Below, in pieces: positions 18,036 to 27,838 of a stretch of DNA of 64,000 bases. Made by a program: the position numbers and the translations under genes. The DNA is taken from the IMG/VR virus record IMGVR_UViG_3300006098_000001; one strand, 5' to 3'. Below the pieces are notes generated by a model that saw only the letters and a list, made by a program, of their open reading frames with translations, did not search any database and was not told where the DNA came from. This stretch comes from a virus. The stretch's first letter is position 1. The number at the start of each line of letters is the position of its first letter.

Positions 18036-21000
18036 TTGGCAAGTAAAGAACTGTCAATAAAAGTTAAAGTTAACCTCCCAACGGCAGGGGAAATTGAAAA
18101 TCAAATTCAACGTTCTCTGCGTGGGTTAAAGGATATTAAGGTTGACGCAAATGTAAAATTAAAAGTTGGCAAGCTTGGCAATCTCAAACGCCAACTAAGA
18201 AATGCTCTTGGTAAAGAAAACTTTAGAGTAAACGCAAATGTTAAAGTACATGGAATGTCCGAATTAAATCGGGTATCCAGTAAATTAAAAGAAATTAGAC
18301 GTTTAGCAAATGAGCCAATTAAGTTAAACGTTGATATGGGTGGACATGATTTTGATAAGTCCATCGAAGAGGCACGGCGAAAGGCTAATAAAGAGTTAGA
18401 GAATACTAATTCTAGAAGTCACTATGCTCGAGCAGCAGTTGATGTGCAAAAGGAAATGCGAGCACAACAGCGTGCTATTGAAAAAGCACAACAAGAGTAT
18501 TTAAAGCTCCAAAATCAAGCTGCTAAGGCTAGTGACGAACGTATTCGACAAAATATACAACATTATGCTAGTCAAGTTGCTAAACAACAAGAGCAAGCTG
18601 AAATGCGGTATAGAATGGCTGCGAATAAGGCTGGCTTGAGTGATTCAGAAATTAGTAAAAATGTTCTTGGTTTCAGAGAACAGCCCAAAGCTCGCATGAC
18701 TCTCAAGAACACTGAAATTGAACAACAGTTAAAAAGAGACGCAGAAGCCTTTAGGAGATATAAAAGTGCATTAAATGACGTCACTAAAGCGCAAATGACC
18801 CTGGCAAAAGGTGGTTTAGGTGACAATGTGTTTGCCGAAGTTCAGAGACAAGCTGGGGCAGCAGAAAAAAAGGTACGATCTCTTGAAAGTGCTATAAGAA
18901 AAACAAAGTATGCATCTCAAGCATCAGATCTTAGAGAAGCTTCAGACGCAAGAATTAGAATGGCGCGAGCTCAAGCGGCAGATCGGGAAAATGTAAAGAT
19001 ACGTCGAGGTAGAAAATCTTCTGCTGGCATGATGAATACCTTAAACACTTGGGACGTATTACAAAATGGTATATATGGAGCCGCTGCTGTTGTAAATGGT
19101 TTAAATGAAGTTGATAAGGCCATTACAAAAGTTACAAAAGTTGTTCCCGACAGTCAAGCAGCAGTAAATAGATGGAAGAAGAATATCTATAAGGATGCTT
19201 CAGAAGTTGGTAAGACTGCTCCAGAATTTGCTGCCGCTGTAGAACAATGGGCAACAGCTGGATATAATCTTAAACAATCAAATCGTCTTGCAAAGGCGTC
19301 AGTTATGGGTTCTTTCGTTGGTGAAGTGCCTGTAGAAGACATGGTTAAGTATATGTCTGTTCCAATGAAAGCTTTCCAAAAGGAAGGTATTAAATCGAAA
19401 GACATTATTAACGCAATGAACCAAGTTTCTAACAAACATGCCATTGAAATGAATGACTTGGGGGCTGCATATCAGAAAGCTAGTTCAACAGTTGGTGCTA
19501 CTGGAACTAAGTTCTCACAACTAACAGGTATTATTACAGCTGCTCAAGAAGGTACTCGTGCGGGTGGAGATATGATTGGAACCGCATATAAGACGATTGG
19601 CTCACGTCTTGCTAAGATGGGTACTGGATTAACAAAGCAGGATCAAACCCGTGCAGCGTTCTTTAAGAAGTTGGGTGTTGATTTAACTGACAGCAATGGA
19701 AAGTTGAAATCTACTTGGCAAATTATGGATCAGTTAGGTAAGCAATGGGATAAGTTAGATAGTAAAGACAAGAATACGGCAGCTCAATATGCCGCTGGAG
19801 CGAACCATGCTAACATTTTCCAAGCTACGATGGATAATTGGAAAATCGCACGTAAAGCCATGAAAGAAGCACAAGCTCAGGTTGATTTAAAAGATAAAGA
19901 TCATGGATCGGCATATCAAGAATTTGAGAAGCAAAAGCAATCTATCGAATTCCAGTTAGCTTCATTAAAGAATACATGGATGTCATTCTTAAACAATATA
20001 TCTGGTGGTAGAGAAGGAATTTCCCAAATTCTTCAAAGTCTTAATGGAATAGGATCTGTTGCAGATAAACTTGCTTCAAATAAATTATTCTCACAAGCTA
20101 TTAGATGGGGTGCAATCACTGCTGGAATAGTTATGGCACGTAACGCTATAACAGGAATGGTTAAAAGCTTTGCAAGCATTGGAAATGCGGGCAAAGGAAT
20201 TGAGGGATTAAAATCTAAATTTACTAATGTTGGAAGTTCTGTTTCTGAATTAAAGGCAAAAATTCATGAATTAAGAGCAGAGTTAGATGGCTTAAATGCC
20301 AAGGGCTTTAAGTCAAAAACAAAGCTAGATAGAGATGCAAAAGGAAGAACCAAGGGAGAGTATACAGGTAAAGACGTAGGTTTAATTAAATACTCTATTC
20401 CAGAGAATAACGTCCTCCAAACTAGACGTGGGGCCCGAAGACAATATGGTCTATCTAAGAAGTATCCAACTCATTTTGCTCCAAAGGAACTTGCAAAAGA
20501 AAATGAAGATTTAGCAAAATCATATTCAAATGTTACTCCTGCAATTAGTAGAGCAGAACAAAAACTAAAAGACACCAATGGTACTCTTTCTAAAGGAACT
20601 AAAGCAACTGCTAAATTAGGAAAAGTCATGGGTGTTGCTGGTAGTGTACTGGGAGTAATTGGTAGCGGACTTGGTGTCGTTGGATTAGGCATTGATGCGA
20701 TTACTATTGCGTCAGGAGCCTTAGAAATGATGGGCGTTCATCCATGGGAGCTTATCCGAAAGGCAATTAAGCCGGCCCAAGCTAATGCTGAAGCATTTAG
20801 TAAATCTATGCAGAAAATTCATTCCGATATTGGAAATGTTAATTCTGGATTAAAAGACAATGTATTATTTAATGGCACTGCTGAAAAGTCGAAAAAGAGT
20901 CTTTCTGGATTAGATAAAGTCTTAAAAGGCGTTACAGATGGTTCTAATCAATTGAGCAAAGGTGACTGGAAAAACTTCAAGGATAGCTTTAATGCAATTT

Positions 21001-24000
21001 CAAAGGCTAATGGGCTTGGAATTAGAGCATATTCAAATAATGTTGAAGTCTTAAAAGGCCAAATGACAGATCTTAAGAATGCTATTCACGATGTTAACTT
21101 GGAACAACTAAAGTCTGGTTCAAGAGAATTAGATAAGCTTGATAAGACTGGTAAAAAAATTAATAGTCAAAAGACATTAAATGACTTACTCAAGACTAAT
21201 AATGATTATCTAAAAAAATCTAAGGAATTAGAGCAAGAGCGAGACAATGCTAATAACGGGGTTACAAATAGTGCTCAAGCCAAGAAGAATAATGATAAAT
21301 ATGAGCACAAGTTAGCAGCTTTACGTGGCTCTGCAATTCGTAAAGAAATGGGTTCCGCTGCGTACCAAGAGTGGGCTCAACAATATCAAGACTATGGTGA
21401 CTCTGTAAGAAAACAATATGGTGAATTAGCATCGATCCTTGATTCTGGTATATTCAAGAAGACAGACTTTAATATGATGTCTTCAAATGAATTGCGGAAG
21501 ATGGGAACTGCTCAAACTATGAATCTGCAAAATGCAGCTAGAGCAAATAAAATTTGGAATGATGTTAATAAGCAGTTAACTCAGAATAATAAATTAGGCA
21601 GTCAGCAAGGTAAGTTAACAAAAGAGCAACAGCAATATCTTTCTAAGAATGTTAAAGGACTTGAAGGTATTAGTCGTAACATGCGTAAGTGGACTGATGC
21701 TCAAAGAACAGCGTTCGATGAGTATGGTAAGACTGCGGCAAAGAATCTTAAGAATCAACAAAGTCGAATGATGGATATCCTTACGGCTCAAGGAATGTCA
21801 AAAAGTGCTGCTCAAAAACAAATTAATAAGCTTGACGGTACTGGTTCAGGATATATTAATGCTCTTGGGAACAATTACAATGCTCAGGCATTGTTGAATG
21901 TTGATCCTGATTATGCGGCGTTATATGGGAAAAAGTGGTTCCCACAGCTACAAGAGCAACAGCGGCAAATTCAAAATTACCAGAATAGAAAAGGAAAAAA
22001 GAATAGCGATACAATAGATGCATTTCTTGATCCGCAAACTGGGGTAATGAATACTGGTATGATCGCCAGAAGTCAGGCTGTTATGACCTATAACTCAAAG
22101 CGACAAAAGCAATTCCAAAAGATGGGATTCATTGATGGCGATGGGAATATAAAATTCGATAAGGTATCAGACGCATTTGATGGTGTTAAAGGTCGCGATA
22201 ATCCAATGCAGCTTATTAGTTCATTAGCAGATGGTTCTATTAATAAGTTTAGTAAGCTGCATATTTCTGCAAACCAAAGCCATGGAAAGTTAACTAAGGA
22301 TGTTAAAAGTGATATCAGAAACTTGGTGAAGAGTAAAGGAGCTGAAGCGGCAGGAAATTATATTAAAGGGTTACAAGCCGATAACGTCTTAGGAAAAGAT
22401 GCAATGAATTACTATGATGCCCTTGTTCGCAAAGGTAATGAGACTAAGCGAACACCTAAGAGTCAGCGTAGTCAAAGAAAGCCATCAGGTTCTAGAAAAT
22501 CTTCAGGGTCATCTAAAAAGAATTGGTACGACAAAGATGATGATGACCCAATGGCGAAACCATTATGGAAACGTAATGATACTAAACCATCATCAAGTCG
22601 TCATCGTGGTACATCGAAGCCTGATACTAAGAATCAACCTAGAACTTCTAAGAATCAGCAAAAAGCATTAGAGAAAGCGGCACAAGGTAAACAGCAGACC
22701 AAGAGCCCTAATTTAATACCTAATTTGCTTAAGAAATTAGGACTTATTACAGATGCGAAAGCTGATACTAAACCAAAAACAGCCAAGGATGTCGAAAAGA
22801 ATCTTAAGGGCCGTAAGGTATCAGACAAAGAGCTTAAGAATGCTCAGGCGCTCCTTAAGAACAAGAAAGAGCAGAAAAAACTCGAAGATGATTTGAGGAA
22901 GAATGGGCAATTAAAGACTTCGAAACCATCTAGCTCCAATTCTAATAAAAAGAATTCATCAAAGAATAAGAAACAAGCCGAAAAGGAAGGGCGCGAAGAA
23001 GAGAAAGCCTGTCAAAAGGGTAGAGATAGTGCAAAGAAAACATCATCCAAGAAATCTAATTCTTCCAAAAAACAGAATCAAGAACAAAAAGATCTTGCCA
23101 AACAGTTAAATAAAGGCAAAGGAGTAAAAGTAAAACTTCAACCAGATGCTAAAAGTTTAACGAAGGGGTTGAAAAATCTTGGTGGTAAAAAAGGTACCAA
23201 GATTAAGTTACAACCAGATACAAAATCTCTTACAAAAGGCCTTAAAAACTTAGGCGGCAAAAAGGGTACTAAAATAAAACTTCAAGCCGACACGAAAAGT
23301 TTAACAAAAGATCTTAAGAATCTCGGTGGTAAAAAAGGCACTAAAGTCAAGTTACAAGCAGACACCAAGGGACTTACTAAGAGTCTTAAGAATCTAGGCG
23401 GTAAGAATGGAACAAAGGTTAAGCTTCAAGCTGATACTAAGTCTCTAACAAAGAGTTTATCTAATCTTGGTAAAGGTAAAGGGGTAAAGGTAAAGCTCCA
23501 AGCAGACACCAAAGGACTAGATAAGTCACTCAAAAGCCTAAAAGGGCTTAAAAAGTCTCAGAATATTAAGATTAATGTTTCTGGTAACGCTTCAAGCAAG
23601 ATAAGTAAGATCAAGTCTTCTCTAAATGGGTTGAGTGGTAAGAGTAAGAATATCTCTATTAACGTTCGAGGTAATGCAGTTAGTCAGGTAAATAAAATAA
23701 AGTCTGCATTAAACGGGATAAAAGGTTCTAAGAATATCTCAATCAATGCCTCTGGTAACGCAGCCTCCTTTGCTTCCAAGGTTAAATCATCGCTTGCCGG
23801 AATTCATAATAAGCATGTAAATATTAGTGCTTCTGGCAACGCTGCATCGATGGCACAAAGAGCGTCCTCAGCAATTAATAGTATCCCGACTAGTCATCAG
23901 ACGAATATAACTGCTCACGATGGAGCCTCTCCTAAGGCAAATGCAGCTAAATCGGCAATTGAGAATATTCCCAAAAAACATAATACTCATATTAGTGTTA

Positions 24001-27000
24001 CTGGAGACGGACAAGCTATAGCAAAAGCACACAGTGTAGCAGCCGCTATAAATAGTATTCCAAGTAGCAAGACAGTTACTATCAATGTTAATAAGAACGA
24101 AACTCACACCATTACAACAGAACATAAGTCTAAATCAATGGCTATTACACCAGAAAATTCACAGCCAGTTAGCCCGATGACTTCTATGTCTGTCGTTGCA
24201 GGAAATCCTGCTATGAATATGGCCGTAAATAGTGGAGCTGCTAACATGGGTGTTGATACGAATTCTGCAACTAATGGCGATAAGGTAAGCGGAATTGCTA
24301 CAACAGATCGTTCTGATTCTACCCAAAAAGTTAGTGAAGATTATTGGCGTTATATGGGAAATGAACTTTACACGGGCTTACCACTTGACGAAAAAGTTCA
24401 GAACCTTGAAAATGCAGTAACCCAAGCTGACGAAGATATGGACAAGCTTATTAATCTATCAAAGCAGAGAATTGACTTAGATAATAAGCAAATCGCATAT
24501 CAAAGAACTATGCAGGGCGCTTATCAGCAACAAATTACTGATGTCCTTAATGAATTGCATAAATATGGTTTCCAAACAAATGGTAATCAGATTACTAATT
24601 TGAACCATGCAAAGGATATTACAGGTGATAATGCAAGTAAAGCTGATGAATTACTTGGGAAATACCAAACTGCTTATCAAAACTTCTCTGAAGCTACAAA
24701 GAAGATTGATGAGTTGCAAACAGATATTTGGCAACAAGGTAAGAATCAACAAGATTATAACAACACTAAAGATCAAAAGATGGTTGAAAAGTTACAACGT
24801 GAATTAGAGCTTGTGACTACTGCTATTGATAACCAAAAGAATATTCTTGAGCGTGAAGGTAATTCACTAGAAGATAGTGATTATCGTATGAAGTTAAAGA
24901 ACAATTCTGATCAGATCTATGCTAAGTCCGAGGCTGTTCAACAGTTGTTAGCCGAATTTAATCAATTAAGTGTTGCCAATTTTGTTGGTACAAAAGACGC
25001 CGATAATGCAAAGAATTTAGCTGACTCCTTAAGTCAAATTCGTGATGCTATCATGGAAAACCTTGATTCCATTGATGAATTAAAGAAGAGCATTCGGGAT
25101 ATTCAACTTAATTCTATTATTGAAAGCCTGTCTAAATACACCGACAATCTTAGCAATAGTATTGATCGGCTAAAGAACAATGTAACAAATCTTCAAGATG
25201 GGTTATTAAGTGGAACATCTTATAACGACCTTATGAGTAGTAATTTTGATGTTGTTAACCTTAATCAAAAATCTGCTTATGAGAAGAGTGTGGCCGATAA
25301 GATTTCATTAGAACGTCAATTGGATAGTGCTCTAGATCAATTCGCTAGAAAGAACGTTGATCGAACGGCACAAGTAGCCAATGATCAACTTCAAATTGAA
25401 GCACAAAAGTATAACGATATGCTTTCGATGGCAATTAACTATGCTAGAGGTGCGCGTAATGAAGTTGGAGCTATTGATGTTAAATACAATGTATCTGTTG
25501 AATCTGACAAGATTGAAGTTCCTAACCTTACTCATAACCAAGAGTATGTACAGTCCTCAATTGCTTATCAGAAAGAAATGAATGAATTAAAGGCTGAGTA
25601 CAACCGTTTAATGGGCGAAGCTAATACTGCTGAACAAAAAGAAGCAATTAATTCTGAAATGATCTATAAGCAATTAGAACTCCAGGAAAAAGTTTACAAG
25701 TCCATGATTGAGGCCGATCAAAAGGCGATCAATGATTTACGTGAACAAGCTAAGAATCCAGATATGACTACTGAACAGCTTAAAACGATAACCGACCAAA
25801 TTACAGAGTATGAAAAAAATGTTATTGATGCCCAAAATAGCATTAAGGACGTTGTTAAGAATCGTTTTGAGTATGAAAAGTCTCTTATTGATAAGCAAAT
25901 TGATGAGTATAAACGTGCCAGCGACACAATAAGTACTTTAGTAAGTATTGCTGATACCCTTCATTTAGAAGGTTCTACTCAAGCCGCTATTATAAATCAG
26001 CAATATGCCTCCACTTACCGTGAGTACAATAATTACCTTGATTTACTCCAAAGACTTCGAAATGAATTATCTGGATACGAAAAGAATTCCTACGAATACA
26101 ATCAATTGAAGGCAATGATTGATGAATATCAAACTTCGCTTGATAGCACAATGTCTTCGCTTATGGATATAAGCAAAAATGAGTTTGGCCAGACTCTTGA
26201 TTCCATTCAAAAGGAATTTGAAAAGAGTGTTAACAAGGGAATGACCGCTGATCAGGCTAAGTTCGACCAAGATGTATGGTATAACCCCATGCAAAAAGAA
26301 CTTCGCCTTGAGGAAATGCGGTTAAAGATTGTTGAGTTGGAAGATAAGACGGTTGAAAAACGTATAGCTGCTCTCGACGCCCAAGAGAGAATGTCTAAGG
26401 CGGAAGCTGATTACGTTGACAAGCAACTTGATTTGGCACTTGCTCAACAAAAACTTGATAACACTATAAATAAAAAAGACGTCCGTTACCTTGAAAAAGA
26501 TAAGGACGGCAAGTTTAACTGGACATACATTGCTGACCAAGCAAATGTAGAAGAGGCACAAAGAGCTGTCAACTCTGCAAAACAAGCTCTTGAAGAGTCA
26601 AAGATTTCCAATCGAAATGATTACATTCAAAAAGTCAGTGAAACTATTAATAGTATTAAAGACGGTTCGATTAATCAGGAAGAAGCTCGGAAACGTCTCG
26701 AACAGTTAAATGATTCATATAAGTTTATTCTTAAGGACATTCCTACTTTTGATATTGCAAAAGTTGAGGATGTCATCAAAGCCTACAATGACTATGAAAA
26801 GAAGAATAGCGACATATTAAATGATTACAAACGAAGCGTTAAGCCAGAGGTAACACAAGGCTATGAAACAATCGTTAAAGGATTTGGAGATCAGTTTAAA
26901 GCTGTATCAAAAGATCTAGGTGAGATTTTCGGAAAGCAGCTAAGAGAAGCTCTTAATCTACCAAGTGGCATTCGTAATGCATATGGTAATGGAAATGATA

Positions 27001-27125
27001 GATCATTAGTAATTAATGGTGGACTTACCATTAAGCTCCCTAATGTTAAAGACGCTGACGGTTTTACAGAAGCGATGAAGAATCTTCCCCAATTAGCTCA
27101 ACAATACGCGACTAAGAAATTGTAA
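18036..27125 (+). CDS. tail tape measure protein (3,029 aa)
   Basis: A TP901-type TMP core is present (...GKTAPEFAAAVEQWATAGYN...MNDLGAAYQKASSTVGATG...). It also has a Gly-rich TM segment (VAGSVLGVIGSGLGVVGLGI), very long coiled-coils, a basic low-complexity block and two tandem-repeat blocks. Confidence 0.85.
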   Translation: MASKELSIKVKVNLPTAGEIENQIQRSLRGLKDIKVDANVKLKVGKLGNLKRQLRNALGKENFRVNANVKVHGMSELNRVSSKLKEIRRLANEPIKLNVDMGGHDFDKSIEEARRKANKELENTNSRSHYARAAVDVQKEMRAQQRAIEKAQQEYLKLQNQAAKASDERIRQNIQHYASQVAKQQEQAEMRYRMAANKAGLSDSEISKNVLGFREQPKARMTLKNTEIEQQLKRDAEAFRRYKSALNDVTKAQMTLAKGGLGDNVFAEVQRQAGAAEKKVRSLESAIRKTKYASQASDLREASDARIRMARAQAADRENVKIRRGRKSSAGMMNTLNTWDVLQNGIYGAAAVVNGLNEVDKAITKVTKVVPDSQAAVNRWKKNIYKDASEVGKTAPEFAAAVEQWATAGYNLKQSNRLAKASVMGSFVGEVPVEDMVKYMSVPMKAFQKEGIKSKDIINAMNQVSNKHAIEMNDLGAAYQKASSTVGATGTKFSQLTGIITAAQEGTRAGGDMIGTAYKTIGSRLAKMGTGLTKQDQTRAAFFKKLGVDLTDSNGKLKSTWQIMDQLGKQWDKLDSKDKNTAAQYAAGANHANIFQATMDNWKIARKAMKEAQAQVDLKDKDHGSAYQEFEKQKQSIEFQLASLKNTWMSFLNNISGGREGISQILQSLNGIGSVADKLASNKLFSQAIRWGAITAGIVMARNAITGMVKSFASIGNAGKGIEGLKSKFTNVGSSVSELKAKIHELRAELDGLNAKGFKSKTKLDRDAKGRTKGEYTGKDVGLIKYSIPENNVLQTRRGARRQYGLSKKYPTHFAPKELAKENEDLAKSYSNVTPAISRAEQKLKDTNGTLSKGTKATAKLGKVMGVAGSVLGVIGSGLGVVGLGIDAITIASGALEMMGVHPWELIRKAIKPAQANAEAFSKSMQKIHSDIGNVNSGLKDNVLFNGTAEKSKKSLSGLDKVLKGVTDGSNQLSKGDWKNFKDSFNAISKANGLGIRAYSNNVEVLKGQMTDLKNAIHDVNLEQLKSGSRELDKLDKTGKKINSQKTLNDLLKTNNDYLKKSKELEQERDNANNGVTNSAQAKKNNDKYEHKLAALRGSAIRKEMGSAAYQEWAQQYQDYGDSVRKQYGELASILDSGIFKKTDFNMMSSNELRKMGTAQTMNLQNAARANKIWNDVNKQLTQNNKLGSQQGKLTKEQQQYLSKNVKGLEGISRNMRKWTDAQRTAFDEYGKTAAKNLKNQQSRMMDILTAQGMSKSAAQKQINKLDGTGSGYINALGNNYNAQALLNVDPDYAALYGKKWFPQLQEQQRQIQNYQNRKGKKNSDTIDAFLDPQTGVMNTGMIARSQAVMTYNSKRQKQFQKMGFIDGDGNIKFDKVSDAFDGVKGRDNPMQLISSLADGSINKFSKLHISANQSHGKLTKDVKSDIRNLVKSKGAEAAGNYIKGLQADNVLGKDAMNYYDALVRKGNETKRTPKSQRSQRKPSGSRKSSGSSKKNWYDKDDDDPMAKPLWKRNDTKPSSSRHRGTSKPDTKNQPRTSKNQQKALEKAAQGKQQTKSPNLIPNLLKKLGLITDAKADTKPKTAKDVEKNLKGRKVSDKELKNAQALLKNKKEQKKLEDDLRKNGQLKTSKPSSSNSNKKNSSKNKKQAEKEGREEEKACQKGRDSAKKTSSKKSNSSKKQNQEQKDLAKQLNKGKGVKVKLQPDAKSLTKGLKNLGGKKGTKIKLQPDTKSLTKGLKNLGGKKGTKIKLQADTKSLTKDLKNLGGKKGTKVKLQADTKGLTKSLKNLGGKNGTKVKLQADTKSLTKSLSNLGKGKGVKVKLQADTKGLDKSLKSLKGLKKSQNIKINVSGNASSKISKIKSSLNGLSGKSKNISINVRGNAVSQVNKIKSALNGIKGSKNISINASGNAASFASKVKSSLAGIHNKHVNISASGNAASMAQRASSAINSIPTSHQTNITAHDGASPKANAAKSAIENIPKKHNTHISVTGDGQAIAKAHSVAAAINSIPSSKTVTINVNKNETHTITTEHKSKSMAITPENSQPVSPMTSMSVVAGNPAMNMAVNSGAANMGVDTNSATNGDKVSGIATTDRSDSTQKVSEDYWRYMGNELYTGLPLDEKVQNLENAVTQADEDMDKLINLSKQRIDLDNKQIAYQRTMQGAYQQQITDVLNELHKYGFQTNGNQITNLNHAKDITGDNASKADELLGKYQTAYQNFSEATKKIDELQTDIWQQGKNQQDYNNTKDQKMVEKLQRELELVTTAIDNQKNILEREGNSLEDSDYRMKLKNNSDQIYAKSEAVQQLLAEFNQLSVANFVGTKDADNAKNLADSLSQIRDAIMENLDSIDELKKSIRDIQLNSIIESLSKYTDNLSNSIDRLKNNVTNLQDGLLSGTSYNDLMSSNFDVVNLNQKSAYEKSVADKISLERQLDSALDQFARKNVDRTAQVANDQLQIEAQKYNDMLSMAINYARGARNEVGAIDVKYNVSVESDKIEVPNLTHNQEYVQSSIAYQKEMNELKAEYNRLMGEANTAEQKEAINSEMIYKQLELQEKVYKSMIEADQKAINDLREQAKNPDMTTEQLKTITDQITEYEKNVIDAQNSIKDVVKNRFEYEKSLIDKQIDEYKRASDTISTLVSIADTLHLEGSTQAAIINQQYASTYREYNNYLDLLQRLRNELSGYEKNSYEYNQLKAMIDEYQTSLDSTMSSLMDISKNEFGQTLDSIQKEFEKSVNKGMTADQAKFDQDVWYNPMQKELRLEEMRLKIVELEDKTVEKRIAALDAQERMSKAEADYVDKQLDLALAQQKLDNTINKKDVRYLEKDKDGKFNWTYIADQANVEEAQRAVNSAKQALEESKISNRNDYIQKVSETINSIKDGSINQEEARKRLEQLNDSYKFILKDIPTFDIAKVEDVIKAYNDYEKKNSDILNDYKRSVKPEVTQGYETIVKGFGDQFKAVSKDLGEIFGKQLREALNLPSGIRNAYGNGNDRSLVINGGLTIKLPNVKDADGFTEAMKNLPQLAQQYATKKL
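23115..23555 (+). repeat. tandem ~60-bp (20-aa) repeats, about 6-7 units, inside the tape measure
   Basis: The unit GGKKGTKIKLQ(P/A)DTKSLTK.LKNL is reiterated. Confidence 0.8.
23556..24110 (+). repeat. degenerate ~26-28-aa repeats, about 7-8 units, inside the tape measure
   Basis: The unit NISIN(V/A)xGNA.S...KIKS.LNGI is reiterated. A related motif also occurs at the protein N-terminus. Confidence 0.7.
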
Positions 27126-27130
27126 TCATA

Positions 27131-27161
27131 TTGACCGAGGTTAAAACCTTGGTTGTACATA
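27131..27161 (+). repeat. hairpin element, copy 1 (left flank of the membrane-protein cassette)
   Basis: TTGACCGAGGttaaaaCCTTGGTTGTACATA. Confidence 0.7.
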
Positions 27162-27230
27162 ACTTCTTATTCATTTTCTATAAAAGGTATGTCATCATAT
27201 TAAAGACACTTATCTAATGGAGGAATTGAA

Positions 27231-27752
27231 ATGAATAAAGTAAAAGTGTTTATTGTAAATCATAAACTTATTACTGTCGTATGTTTTTTTATTTTGATAT
27301 ATGCGATAGCAGGTGGACTATATTTAGCTGATCAACATAGAAAACAACAGGAATTTTATGATGAACACCCCTTAGTTAATAAGGTTTATAAGTCTCATGT
27401 CTTAGAGAAGCCAGCTGAGGGTGATTGGACTACTACAGACTCGTACTATATTTTTGGAAATAATGAATATAGAGATAAAGTTATTGAAATTTTCCAAGAT
27501 GAGGGAGGATTGAAGAGAGTAAAAGAAATAATGAATGATGAAAATGAATATAAAAAAGAATTTGAGTCTAATACCTCCGAAAAATATATAGTTGAAGATG
27601 GAAATAAATTAATCATTGGTGATAATCCCGAAAATGTCTATTCTCACCAAGTAAAAGATGGTGAGAATTGGGTTGGAATGTATAATCCCGATAATAAAAA
27701 TGAAGAAGAACCTGGTGAAATCCATAAGACTACACCAGTAAATATAGACTAA
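27231..27752 (+). CDS. N-terminally membrane-anchored protein (moron candidate)
   Basis: SD GGAGGA. A single TM (LITVVCFFILIYAIAGGLYLA) is present. The gene is bracketed by duplicated hairpin elements. Confidence 0.5.
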   Translation: MNKVKVFIVNHKLITVVCFFILIYAIAGGLYLADQHRKQQEFYDEHPLVNKVYKSHVLEKPAEGDWTTTDSYYIFGNNEYRDKVIEIFQDEGGLKRVKEIMNDENEYKKEFESNTSEKYIVEDGNKLIIGDNPENVYSHQVKDGENWVGMYNPDNKNEEEPGEIHKTTPVNID

Positions 27753-27775
27753 TTCATAACATAAACATATTTTAT

Positions 27776-27807
27776 TTGACCAAGGACACTCTTCTTGGTT
27801 GTACATA
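27776..27807 (+). repeat. hairpin element, copy 2 (right flank of the cassette)
   Basis: TTGACCAAGGacactcttCTTGGTTGTACATA. Confidence 0.7.
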
Positions 27808-27838
27808 TCAAAGAATAAAAAGAAAGGAGCTGAATTGG

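Noticed and set aside
23115-24110. Tandem repeats that might be a CRISPR array or a non-coding satellite.
   Set aside because: The repeats are contiguous with no unique spacers, they are in frame, and they encode a reiterated peptide inside the tape-measure ORF.
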